Shown: positions 37,790 to 51,355, numbered from the whole stretch's first letter. The stretch is DNA of 63,846 bases, filler included, from Collodictyon triciliatum (GCA_043381765.1; 30 parts of 30 records of this genome joined end to end with filler, not necessarily neighbours in it), one strand, 5' to 3'. The notes: generated by a model from the letters alone, not told the origin. Made by a program: numbers and translations.

Positions 37790-38370
37790 GATTATTCCAG
37801 AAAGTAGAGCAAATATCAGAGTTATTTGATATTCACATGATCAAAACAGACCAGAACAAATGCGTGGTGAGACGCTCGTTTGCCTTCGAAATACAATTAA
37901 AATTTATCTCGACCTAATGAATTTCACCATTCCCTAACTTTGTTTAATTCTTTCCTCGTACATTAGCTTCTGTACAAAAAGAAGACATCTTCTTTCCATA
38001 AGCACGCAGAGGAAGCCCTTAATTTCGTCTTCGAGGTGAGATTTGAAGACTTCTTAGGTTTATTCCAACCATACCCAACTATTCACCATTTTAAATTTTG
38101 CTATCTCGAACAAACTTGTTAGGTTTACCGTCGACTGGATTCTTTGTACGAAGATATGATGAATGAATCCTTATGCATCCAATCTGGTCTTGCCATGGGC
38201 GATTGTCTGACAGGAATATTAAGTAAGTATTCCCTGTCAAAGAGAAATTTGCCAGTTTCCCAACGTTCTGGGGGTATTATTTTCATGTGCTTTTTTTGTG
38301 AGTATATTTCGTTAACTGATATACATAATAGGCTCCAATCAGTTCGTCTACGATCTTATCGGAAGGATAG
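37790..38370 (+). CDS. Class III adenylate/guanylate cyclase-like domain, degenerate (exons)
   Basis: LFQKVEQISELFDIHMIKTDQN...LCIQSGLAMGDCLTGIL/SSNQFVYDLIG parallels the cyclase consensus LFxxFD...IKTIGD...RIGIHxGxVxAGVIG...YDLWG. Confidence 0.7.
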
Positions 38371-38420
38371 GTACCTATTTCTATTCAGCCCTTATTCAAT
38401 ACAATCTACTGTAATGCGGT

Positions 38421-38526
38421 GTATGTATGTATGTATGTATGTATGTATGTATGTATGTATGTATGTATGTATGTATGTATGTATGTATGTATGTATGTAT
38501 GTATGTATGTATGTATGTATGTATGT
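38421..38526. repeat. (GTAT)n microsatellite
   Basis: Directly visible. Confidence 0.95.
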
Positions 38527-38626
38527 NNNNNNNNNNNNNNNNNNNNNNNNNNNNNNNNNNNNNNNNNNNNTTAATTAATTAANNNNNNNNNNNNNNNNNN
38601 NNNNNNNNNNNNNNNNNNNNNNNNNN

Positions 38627-38672
<46 letters not shown>

Positions 38673-38741
38673 CTTTTTTTTCTTTTTTTTTTTTTTTTCT
38701 TTTTTTTTCTTTTTTTCATTCTTCTTTAAAGTGGAGTAAAC

Positions 38742-40558
38742 CTGTCATGTCGAACTTCAGTGTCATTAGTACGAGCAAAGAATCCTCATGGACGGGTAGG
38801 TTTTGAAATGACTCGATTTGCTCAATAAATGCCCTAGATATTTAAGATTGTTGGATAATTTTAAATATTTTAAATAAGTGAAAAATATTAAAAGGGAGAA
38901 TGTGGAAGTGGTCACCTTGTGATATCGATGGAAAGAGACGGTGTGTATTTTGAAACAGATGCTGAAGTAAGATGTTGTCCAAATATCAATGGTCCATATA
39001 TTTGAGCCTAAACATTGATGATAGTTTCTATCAAATATCTATAGCACATACAAATAGAAAAGATTGGAATGGTTCGACAATCATCTATGTATAAATAGTG
39101 AGAGCTAAAAAAGAAATTATAAAATGCTCCTATGTATTTCATTATTAGTTCACTAGTATTTAAATTATCACTCTGTCATATATATATATATTGATTCGAA
39201 GGAATGAACCCATACCAGCGAGATAGAGTCTACGAGATCTTGCGAAACACGTTTGAGAATGCTTTTGAAAAACTTTACAATGTGATACAGAGTGTCTCGA
39301 AAAGGGTTTGGTATTCGGACATAAATATCTTTGAACTTTTCGATGTCACTTCTACGGTCTATGTCATAAAGGAAGCCAAAGCTGAATTAAAAATTGGAAT
39401 AGATATAATTAGAGTGTTTTCTTTGATTATTTTCATTTGCACTTGTTGAAGAAAGAGGAAAAGCTTAAGAATCAATATTGTATCCGTAACACATGAAAAT
39501 GGCATAGATTTCGACTTATACCCGCCTCCCAAGTACCCAGTCGAGAGTGTAAGGCAATAGGAATTAGAGGTTCAGGTATTTGTTCGACGAATGTTTTCAT
39601 CAATCCGATGATTATAGCTGGGTCTGTTGAAGAGGAGAACTTTGGAGGGGTTCCTTTTGAAATAAGTAGATATATATATATCATGCAAATTGAGAGGAGT
39701 ATTGAGTGAAATGTTATTAATTTAAGGTTCGGTGTCTGAATTTGAATAAAAGGAAATAATTTTTGAATTAATATACATATTTTTTTAATATTAAAAACAC
39801 CTGAATAAACCTACCTTTGTCGTAACATTGAATAAACGATGTGAGATCGTGTCTGGAACTAGGTAAAAGAAAGGCTTCCCCGATCTCGGATGCTAAGTTG
39901 GAAAGAGGGAAAGGAAGTTAAACCGACAATGGTCCCCATAAATAAACAAATAAATATATAAATTTACAAGTAGTAATAAAGTTTAAGATATTCTAGTATG
40001 AATGAAAAAACTGGAGAAAAAGAAATAGTGTATTGAGGTAGAAGTCATGAGAGCTGAGAAGGGTATTAAATTGCATAATGATAAATAATAGTAAAAAAAA
40101 AAAAAAGTTGATTGTTTTCGTGCTGAGGAAGATGAGGACAATGAAAATGATCGAAATTATTATTCGAATAAGTGAAAAGATAAATATAATGATATAAAAG
40201 AATACGACATTATAATGTCAGTAGAAGAGGGAACAGTTAACTAGAAGAAAGAAAGAGAGGAGTAAAGCGTGAACAATTATATTTTTGAAGGTTTTTTTTT
40301 CCTTTATTCGATTCAAAGTGTAGATATTTTTGAAGGTTAAAAAAAAAAACGACCGTTAGGAGAAAAAGGGGGAGAGGTTATGCAAAGAGGGTAAGCAAAC
40401 CATGTTCCTTTAAGTGTTTTGTCCACTCTCGGAGTACAGAAGGAACGTTGTTTTTATCACCAGAGGCGTTTTGTTGAGCGATCAGATCGAGTAGGCGCAC
40501 TCCAAATATCTTTACCGGCTGGCTTGCCTTTGCTTGAGTTTGATGTATTAGAGGCTAC
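38742..40558 (-). CDS. RhoGAP-domain protein (multi-exon, partial)
   Basis: GKDIFGVRL...NVPSVLREWTKHLKEH/ASEIGEAFLLPSS...YDK/GTPP...DPAIIIGLMKTFVEQIPEPLIP, the RhoGAP motif order. Confidence 0.8.
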
Positions 40559-42357
40559 TGAGTAAGTTTTTAAACAAAATGGAAGGGTAAAAAAAAAAAA
40601 GCGTGTGAGTGAGTGAGTGAGTGAGGGAGGGAGGGAGGGAGGGAGGGAGGGAGGGAGGGGGGGGGGGNNNNNNNNNNNNNNNNNNNNNNNNNNNNNNNNN
40701 NNNNNNNNNNNTTAATTAATTAANNNNNNNNNNNNNNNNNNNNNNNNNNNNNNNNNNNNNNNNNNNNATTTACCAACCCTCTCAATCGCAATAGAGCATC
40801 TTCGAGAACCAGTTTAGGCACAGAAAGTGCTGCAGGTATTCCTCGAGAGTGGTAGGATGCCCGAACCACGGAAGAGATCTTTGCTGTCGAGAGTGCAGTT
40901 CTTCGGCTTCGGAGGATTGCGAACCCAACGGAAACCAGAGAATGGATGAAGTCTTGGACAAAAATACCAAATTCGAAAAAACCAAGTGACAGATTCTATC
41001 CACATTTGCATAAAGGATTTTATATGAAGATTATATAAAAATGGAAATGAATTCAAAAGGAATTATACGAATGTGGGATATATATCATACCAACTTTCTA
41101 ACCGCTTGGATACAGTATTAATTTCATACAGATGATGCAATGAATGTACTTACACAATTTACACCGATTCTATAATAATATTCAGTATAAACAGACTAAA
41201 CTTAAGGGCTGCAGTGGATATGTGGCAGACGAATTATTTCGCCTGCGTCGACCTTTCCTTTTTCGGCAATTCGTTTCTTTGTTACTGTGATAATGCAAAC
41301 TCTAAAGGAAATCATATACTGGAAAGCCCTCAACACACACACACAGCAAAGAAAAAAACCCAATAAACAAACCCTTAAAACCCACTCACGCACACAGAAT
41401 CTGCAGCCACACCCACCTTCCGGTCCGACGGCTCTGTGCTATCCTCTGCCTCTGCTTCGCTTGTCTGCCCCGCCTCAGAATGCGCTGTTGTTGTGCGACT
41501 TAACACGTCCTTCCCAATCGGTAGGTGCAGTGACCTTTTCCTTTTCCTTTTTCCTTTTCCTTGTCGTTTAATTCAATATTCTTTTTATTTTTCTTTTTAA
41601 TTCAATTTTCCTTTTATTATTTGTTCGTCGTCTCATAACTAATATTTTTGTAGTCCGTTTGCCCTTCTAATCAGTTTAATTACGCTTCTGCATTGATATC
41701 TGAATTACATGAAATTATTCATATTATGCTTTCCTTTCTGCATGTCGATTAATCTCGGCAATAAAATACAATTTTTAGAGGGTTCATTTGTTGTTGTGAT
41801 TAATACCGAATCGCTCATACGCATGCAATCCTAGCCTGTCACTTTACTAACTGCGCATCAACGCCCAGCCGGCACTTATGCTTCAATTTGGCTCCACATT
41901 TTTTTTGGATTCGGGAATCGATAATCCCGTTGGGAAATATCAAAAACACATAAATCAGTATATATGATGAATTATCCACGATTTATGATTAAGTATCTAA
42001 TTCAAACGTTTATTAATAGAAGTTTTCTTCTTTTTTTGGATTATGATTAGTTGTTTCAAATGTGTACTATTTCAAAGGACGTAATGCTGCTTTGGGATAT
42101 ACTCTGAACCCCATACACACGTTTGTTATGCTTAATTATGTTATGTTATCTTATGGGCATTTTCCTATTTTCTTTTGTTAATTTTGAGTTTTTTTTTCAT
42201 AGAAAACACAGTATCATCCAACAATTTGATTTCTTTTCTATCATTATTATTGTTTTTGTTTTTATTGTTTACAAAGTTGATACACAATTGCATCCCATTT
42301 CACGGGTTGTGGTGATGCATCCTTCATAACATTCGACCCAACCGGAACCTTTGTCAG

Positions 42358-42808
42358 ACTGGCCGCTGATACTACGTTTGACATCTTTCAAGTTTCGGTA
42401 GACCTTGTATTTATTTTATTTTTTAAAAAAAAATTGATTTATTTATCCGTCAGAAAATTCTCTTTTTCATTGGTATTGAATTCCTTGTTATATGTTTCTT
42501 AATCCAAAACTCAGGGAGTGAAAAGTCTTTATCTGTCTATATCTCGCTACAAATGAATCTGATTCATATTTTTAGACAAAAAAAAAGCATATTATCCCTC
42601 TTGAGGTTCATGAACGAATAATCACATGCGCTGCGTTTGGCGCCAAAAAGGACGAGTTTCTAGTGACCTGCAGCGAAGATAGAAGCTTCAAAGTATGGAA
42701 TCTCCTTCAGAAACAGCTTGTTTACCAAAGTGGTATTCTGTCCACATCACCGTTGTTGTCCTTGGCTACTGACCCAGACAATGAGCGATTTGTGGTGAGC
42801 TCAGCTGA
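42358..42808 (+). CDS. WDR27: WD40-repeat protein WDR27-like (exons, partial)
   Basis: LVTCSEDRSFKVWNLLQKQLVYQSGILSTSPLLSLATD matches the WDR27-type segment SEDRxFKVW...LIYxSxxLSxxPLLSL. Confidence 0.7.
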
Positions 42809-43719
42809 NNNNNNNNNNNNNNNNNNNNNNNNNNNNNNNNNNNNNNNNNNNNTTAATTAATTAANNNNNNNNNNNNNNNNNNNNNNNNNNNNNNNNNNNN
42901 NNNNNNNNAAAAAAAAAAAAAAAAAGAAAAAAAAAAAAAAGGAATAAAGAAAAAGGAAATAAAAAAAGGAATAAAGAAAAAGGAAATAAAAAAAGGAATA
43001 AAGAAAAAGGAAATAAAAAAAGGAATAAAGAAAAAGAAAAAGAAAAGGAATAAAGAAAAGGAAAAAGGAAAAAGGAAAAAGGAAAAAGGAAAAAGGAAAA
43101 AGGAAAAAGGAAAAAGGAAAAAGGAAAAAGGAAAAAGGAAAAAGGAAAACGAAAAACGAAAAACGAAAACGAAAAGGAAAAGGAAAAAGGAAAAGGGAAA
43201 ATGACTGGATATTGTTGCAGTTACTGCGTTTTCCGACATGCGAGTGATCTGGAATGATGATTTGGCCACGACTTTTGTCTTTGGAGCCGTGCCCCGGTGT
43301 GATGAATCATGCGTCTGTGTGATGATGGGGTTTTAATACCCAGTTGGGGTGTGCGGGAAAGGTGGATGCTGTGGGCGTTTTATTTGGAGGAGAAGCGACT
43401 CTCTTTATGACTTGGGCGCGGTTATCCGCGTCAGGTAGGAGTCTATCGTTTCTCTGCTTCGAACGGTGACGTTTCTCCAGTCGCTTGAAAGAAACCAACA
43501 ACTGTCGTTCTTCATCACTTCGATCTTGTCTTTCACAAGGTTGTGGCAGTTTGTGTGGACAAAGACGGCGGTGTCTCTGTGATGGGATGGGATGGGATGG
43601 GATGGGATGTTGATTAATGTGGGATGTGATGTGATGTGATGTGATGTGATGTGATGTAATATGATATGCCGAATCCAAAGTGGTTTTCGAGTAATTTTTT
43701 TTTACGAAACTGTTAGACT

Positions 43720-43889
43720 TACAATCCTGCCGGTGCTTTTGTATCGTTTGTGCAACCGTGTCTGTAATGTTTATATGCCAGCAGCTTTACTCGCATGTTT
43801 CCTGCACGTCCGTAATGAAAGTCTCCATTCTTATTGTAGTCTAAAACAAGGTCTGCATCTCCTTCCAGTGAGTATTGAGTTGGGAAAAA

Positions 43890-43925
<36 letters not shown>

Positions 43926-44840
43926 AAAAAAAAAAAAAAAAAAAAAAAAAAGGTTTAAAAAGCAGCTCAAGATATAGATGCTATGTCTATTGATTCTACA
44001 ATTCCGTGGTAATTAAATAACTTACTCATCCTTTCAAGCTGCCGAGATACAGCACCTTGTGCAAACCCAGGGTCGCACATGTGCGATAAAGAGTCTCCAA
44101 GTATTCGCGGAAAGAAATCATATTTGATGGCGTCACTTGCACGAACATAAGCTATGTCCAGAAGAATTCAAATTAGACATAGAATCATGGTTCTAAGATT
44201 TTTATGAACATGAAAAATGTAGGATTCATGAGAACTTTAAACTTGATGATTCCTATGACAACAAGACACATATATGTTCGAAGCTGGTGTTGCTTTAATG
44301 GTATTGGGGGTGTATGGATTAAATTCATAAAAAAAAAATCTAAACATTGTGCGCGGTTCTTGTCATTATATATAAACAAGTGAAATTAAATAGCAGCACA
44401 CCTATTCCTGGATTAACTCTGATATACGTATCATCGTTCCTCACAAACTTTTTGGAAAAATCAGGAAGCCGAATGTAACCATGGTGTGCTGCAAAGATGG
44501 CATCGTAGAGGGGGTCCTCAAAGGCCTCTTCAGGGCGTCTGAGCCAACATGTGTCCACATCCATCATGAAAATGTCATGTCCCTAGGGGTTTTATCATCA
44601 CTATTTGATGGACTCAATCGTTTTACAAGAATTTGTAACCGGAATTTCATCTCGTTAAAAGGCACAAAAAAAAAAATAATAAAAACCTCGGCGGAATAAG
44701 TATTTGTTGTTTAGATAAGCCGCAACCAACAAAGAATGTTTGCAATTGAATGCATGTGAATGCCTGTTTTTGTAGATATAAAATACCTGTTCAAGTAATC
44801 TCTTATACATCTCTAGGCGTGTGAACATGATGTATGACCT
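43720..44840 (-). CDS. Nucleotide-diphospho-sugar transferase (GT77-like GT-A glycosyltransferase), partial
   Basis: Spliced KRLLEQ/GHDIFMMDVDTCWLRRP...RVNPG matches LLxxGYxVLFSDxDxxWLRxP...NxG. Confidence 0.65.
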
Positions 44841-45173
44841 GACTTTCTGATGATTGTGCTTAAAAATACAGTATAATACAGTCTTCTTCCATGCAATTTT
44901 TCCTTCTTTTTTTTTTTTTTTTTTTTTTTTTATTTTTTCGGTTAAAAATNNNNNNNNNNNNNNNNNNNNNNNNNNNNNNNNNNNNNNNNNNNNTTAATTA
45001 ATTAANNNNNNNNNNNNNNNNNNNNNNNNNNNNNNNNNNNNNNNNNNNNAACTCTGATATTCTGATATTATGTATGGTTTGTGAAGACTAAATTTTCAAT
45101 GCTTTTGCTTGGTAACTTTCCCTTCATTATTTTCGTGTATAATTGCTTTGGTACATTTATATACTTTCTTCAC

Positions 45174-46877
45174 CTTTTAATGCAGATGGAGTCCGAGTGC
45201 TCAGAGCAAAATTGGCCATCGATATAGTCCCCTCGTTCGATGTAGTACATGATGGATGAAGACAAGACGAGTACGATGGGGAGGATAAATAGGAGGAGGA
45301 AAATTTCCCTTCTTGATTTGTTCACGGTTTTAATCATTATCTGTTGTAAAGGTAAGTATCGATATAAATATTGCCAAATCTTAGAAGGTTTACTAATCCA
45401 CGAAACGGCTCTAGGTCCAAAATTTTATATTTTTTATTTGAGTTGTAAAGCTTGAGGTACATCTCCTAGAAAAAAACCTTCAATCCTTTGGAGTACTTCC
45501 CTAGTCTCAAAACTCGTAAAACTTTTATGTGTCGAAGGATTCGGAGAATAACCAACCATCTCGCGTTCTATTTTTATAATAAAAAAAAAGGAGTGTTATA
45601 GTACTGATGGGACCATTAATTCGGATTGCATGATTATTCAGATAAAATACGGAGAAAATTTAAAGTGCTCCGACTATCAACATTCATTTGAATTATTCTT
45701 TTAAATTCAAATTACTTTTGTTGTTACAACATCCAGCAAGTATGGGATAATCGTGAGTAAATCAATGACGTTATAACCGTCTAAGTACAAAATTTCACAT
45801 AAGCATTTTATCGATATTACTTTCAGTATAATAATTTATCATCATCTTGAGTAAAATAAAAAAAAAGTCAACCCTTCAAGAAGGCCAAGCGATTATCTGA
45901 AGTTGATAATCGAACGATGTAGTCGAGAACAAAAATTGAAGCAATTATCGAATCCAAAACGAAACTGTGATAAGGTGATATATTAACTACATGCATACAT
46001 CGACTACATCTTAAATATATGAAACGCAATTACATAGATTTCTCATGCTGTGTGCGAAAAGTTTCAACAGTGCTTGCAAGGTAGAGTAATATCGAAGCAA
46101 CAACCGTCAAAAACATAAATCCACTTATCCCCAACGCCTTATTTTAATTAAAGCAGATATGACTGTAGATTACATGGACAAACTACAAAACCAACACATT
46201 CGCATAAACAGAATCTACATAATTTTTCATTATTCTCACTATATTTGACGAGTTTGGGTAAGAGAATAGCAGGAATATCCTCTTCTTTAATGTTGTATCC
46301 TATTAAATTTTTGTTCTGGAATTTATTTCAATCTCATTTTTGCGTAAATAAAACAAGAGTATGAAGCTAAATTCATGGCATATTTTGTGCTTAATATAAT
46401 CAAAAAAATATGTTAGAATTTATGTTGCTGGATTAAACTTGCTGTCTAATCACTAATGTAAAACATTTGTCACATTTTCGTTTTTTGGAGATGCAATATT
46501 CACAGATCGTGTCCGTTCCTTTGGTTTCTTATTATTCTGCTGTATTTTAAATCATATGTAAGCTATTCATCAAAGCTGCAATCATGTTGGAAAATACTTT
46601 TCTATATTGCCTCAAATTACTCCATTCTCTGGTAAAATTCGAGCTAATGATTGTTATAGTAAATCCAACGCCCTATCAGCAGGTTAATTTGAAGAGAGAA
46701 ATCAGAAATCAAGATTTGATTAATTTCTCATCTATATAATAAAATAAATCACTGATTTTACATCATTCCTACGTAAAAGTGCTATAAAGTAGCTTATAAT
46801 CAAACAAACGATTGTCCCTAGAAAAATTGCTATGGATGAAAGGATTCTTCCTGCCAAAGTCTTTGGAATTATGTCAC
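45174..46877 (-). CDS. Voltage-gated K+ (Kv-like) channel fragment: pore/S6 of one unit followed by pre-S1 to S5 of a second unit
   Basis: GDIIPKTLAGRI...GVGFTITIISSNF, then KRIFLLFSYPNSS, FVLDYIVRL, NVIDLLTIIPY, LRILRHIKVLRVLRLGKYSKGL, LSSSIMYYIERG. Confidence 0.85.
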
Positions 46878-46954
46878 CTAAAATAATACGATTGTGTATT
46901 GTAAGTTGGTCTTTGTTTGACCCCATACTTCAAAAATATTGATTAAACCGACAC

Positions 46955-47089
<135 letters not shown>

Positions 47090-47189
47090 NNNNNNNNNNN
47101 NNNNNNNNNNNNNNNNNNNNNNNNNNNNNNNNNTTAATTAATTAANNNNNNNNNNNNNNNNNNNNNNNNNNNNNNNNNNNNNNNNNNNN

Positions 47190-47359
47190 GAAAACAAGAG
47201 AAAACAAGAGAAAACAAGAGAAAACAAGAGAAAACAAGAGAAAACAAGAGAAAACAAGAGAAAACAAGAGAAAACAAGAGAAAACAAGAGAAAACAAGAG
47301 AAAACAAGAGAAAACAAGAGAAAACAAGAGAAAACAAGAGAAAACAAGAGAAAACAAGA
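47190..47359. repeat. (GAAAACAAGA)n decamer array
   Basis: Directly visible. Confidence 0.95.
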
Positions 47360-47502
47360 GGAAGCAGGAGAAAACAAGAGAAAAAGAGAAAAAAAGGAAA
47401 AGGAAAAGGAAAAGGAAAAGAAAAATATAGGAAATGAAGATGAAGTCATACCAAATGATGTATGGATATAATATGATAGTGTGATTACGAAACATCACGG
47501 AC

Positions 47503-48933
<1,431 letters not shown>

Positions 48934-49168
48934 GATTGGCTGCTTGTGAGGCTAAAAGTCGGGCTGTTTGTAAGGTTTTTTTGTTTTTGTTTCTGTTTTT
49001 GTTTTTTCTGTTCGGGGATGTCAGTGTTGAAGCAAGGCTTCTCGAGATATGGATCTGATTCGATTGCTGCAGCTTTTATTTATCGTCAGCATTGCATAGA
49101 ATAAAAAAAAAAAGAAACAGGACAGCACGAAAACATAAACGATTCTGTTGAGTTGATATTATTGTCGT

Positions 49169-49228
<60 letters not shown>

Positions 49229-49453
49229 NNNNNNNNNNNNNNNNNNNNNNNNNNNNNNNNNNNNNNNNNNNNTTAATTAATTAANNNNNNNNNNNNNNNN
49301 NNNNNNNNNNNNNNNNNNNNNNNNNNNNAGCAAGCCAGGCTGTATATTTTTTATTTTTACTTTGCGATATCTTGACAACGTAAGTCTGGCCCTTGACCTT
49401 GATTTCTTTTTTAAATTCGCTCATACCCTTTCTGGAAAATATTTTATTGTCGT

Positions 49454-49650
49454 GCCAAATGCGGAATTTATAATAATTAAAATTACAAATGCGGATGGAA
49501 TATTCTAGAATATTATATTACCAAATGCGGAATTTAAAATAATAAATTTTCCAAATGTGGAATTTATAATAATTAAAATCCAAATATGGTTATAGAATCT
49601 TCTAGAACCTTCCTTTTCTGGATATAGAACCTTCTAGAACCTTCCTTTCC
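49454..49650. repeat. ~31-bp tandem repeats (CCAAATGCGGAATTTATAATAATTAAAAT-like, about 4 copies) plus duplicated TAGAAYCTTCTAGAACCTTCC upstream of the capsid gene
   Basis: Units start at ~49455, 49486, 49521 and 49551. The second motif occurs at ~49593 and ~49625. Confidence 0.85.
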
Positions 49651-49700
49651 AAATCTGGAATTCCACATTAGGAAGGTAAAGGGGTATATAAAGGATGAAC

Positions 49701-49744
49701 TCTTGTACCCAAATTATATATACCTAGATAATTTGGGTACAAGA
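49701..49744. repeat. Perfect 17-bp inverted repeat (hairpin, 10-nt loop)
   Basis: tcttgtacccaaattat (49701-49717) and ataatttgggtacaaga (49728-49744). Confidence 0.97.
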
Positions 49745-49767
49745 AAAGATACAGCTACCTTGAGTCT

Positions 49768-51060
49768 ATGTTTATGAATTACTTGGCAAAAGATTACAAT
49801 GAATGTGTTGGTCAAGCTGTGTTGGGTATAGGTCCTTTTTTCACAAGAGTGCAACGAGTAGATGCAACTGCAGGAGCTGCAACCACTACTACACGAAAGT
49901 TTTGTGTTCCTTTTAGATTGTCTGGTATTTCAAACTACTCGGGTCTAATATCAACTTCACTAATTGATACCGTTTCGGCTTTTCAGATTGAGATTGAACT
50001 GGCGCCTGCTACCGACGCGTGTCAAATTAATAATGTAACTGGAGGGGCTCCTCTTACTAATGCTACATATCAACTCAGTACGTCCTACCTAACATATGAT
50101 GTTGTTCGTATGGCTCCAGAATATCATCAACAATTACAGTCAAGTATTCAACGAGGCATTCCCCTGCAAATTCCTTACAAGACATGGAGAACGTCTATGT
50201 ACAGCTTACCAAACGGCCAACAAACGCTGCATGTTTTCAATATCTACGATACAGTTAAATCACTGAATGCTGTGTACATCGCGTTTTTTAAGCAGCGAGA
50301 GCAAAGTACATTTTTGGTTCCTGGCAAAGATAGAAAGCACAAGCCCCCAACACTTGTTGATGCCCAACTTCAACTCGGCTCATTCTACTACCCCTTGCGG
50401 CCAATGGACTGTGAAGGAAATGCACCCCAAGCATTCCTGGAGCTGCAAAAGGCGCTGGGTCTAACTCACGTTCGAAGTGAATACACCGGGCCGTTTGGTT
50501 TTGATGGCCGAAATTTTGTTGGAAATTATTTAAATAGTAGACAGAATTTGCAGACTGCAGAATTTTCCACCACAATACCTCAACAAGCTGGTGGTGCTGC
50601 TGGTGTTGCACAATCTGTAAATAATACATTTACACCTATAGTCAATGATAATGGTCAAACTGTTAATGGACCATCATTAACTCTAACTCGAGGTGCGAAT
50701 CCTGGTAATGCAAGAGTCGCGTACACTACTACTGTTCGTGCAAATCCAAATCATAGCGCTTTTGAATACACTGCTGACGTTGGCGTTTCTATAGTCCCCA
50801 GAAATTATTATGGAGGCGTTTGCCAGGGCCCATGCACTGAATTTATGATTGGCTTCAATCTCCGCAAAGTCCTCGATGCAGTTGAAGGGGAGATCGTGGG
50901 AACAGACATCCAGTCATCCGGCAGCGGCTTGATGTCATTGCGATTAAATTTCAATGCTCCTATTGGTGATACTGACGGGCCATACAATATTATTGTTGCA
51001 TCGCTGTACGACGCCGTCCTTGAAATTCAATCCAACCAACAGACTTTCCGCGTAGAATAA
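49768..51060 (+). CDS. Polinton-like virus/virophage-type double jelly-roll major capsid protein, probably N-terminally truncated
   Basis: Intronless 430-aa ORF with PLV-MCP-like motifs: FCVPFRLSG...FQIEIELAP, YQLSTSYLTYDVV, IPYKTW, VKSLNAVY, QLQLGSFYYP...QAFLELQKALG, FMIGFNL, LYDAVLEI. Confidence 0.8.
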   Translation: MFMNYLAKDYNECVGQAVLGIGPFFTRVQRVDATAGAATTTTRKFCVPFRLSGISNYSGLISTSLIDTVSAFQIEIELAPATDACQINNVTGGAPLTNATYQLSTSYLTYDVVRMAPEYHQQLQSSIQRGIPLQIPYKTWRTSMYSLPNGQQTLHVFNIYDTVKSLNAVYIAFFKQREQSTFLVPGKDRKHKPPTLVDAQLQLGSFYYPLRPMDCEGNAPQAFLELQKALGLTHVRSEYTGPFGFDGRNFVGNYLNSRQNLQTAEFSTTIPQQAGGAAGVAQSVNNTFTPIVNDNGQTVNGPSLTLTRGANPGNARVAYTTTVRANPNHSAFEYTADVGVSIVPRNYYGGVCQGPCTEFMIGFNLRKVLDAVEGEIVGTDIQSSGSGLMSLRLNFNAPIGDTDGPYNIIVASLYDAVLEIQSNQQTFRVE

Positions 51061-51076
51061 AATATTTATATAAGTA

Positions 51077-51232
51077 ATGGAACCGATTACAATAATCTCA
51101 TTACTTATGACTTGTGTGCTCGTGATAGAGCAAGTCTGGAAATATACCGTCGACCATCTCAAGCGCAGTTCGTGTTATGGTGGCACTGTCGAATTTAAAA
51201 GTGAAAAGGATTTGTTACATAACGCGTCTTGA
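51077..51232 (+). CDS. Small 51-aa hydrophobic viral-type protein downstream of the capsid gene
   Basis: MEPITIISLLMTCVLVIEQVWKYTVDHLKRSSCYGGTVEFKSEKDLLHNAS*, starting 16 nt after the MCP stop. Below the ORF-track size cutoff. Confidence 0.6.
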   Translation: MEPITIISLLMTCVLVIEQVWKYTVDHLKRSSCYGGTVEFKSEKDLLHNAS

Positions 51233-51324
51233 AATTTTAAAATGGGCCGCCCGCCCCCAGCACCAAACCGCATGAAATCATTTTCCGGCTAAGGTCAATC
51301 GCTGGTTAATTGGGCTTTTTACCT

Positions 51325-51355
<31 letters not shown>

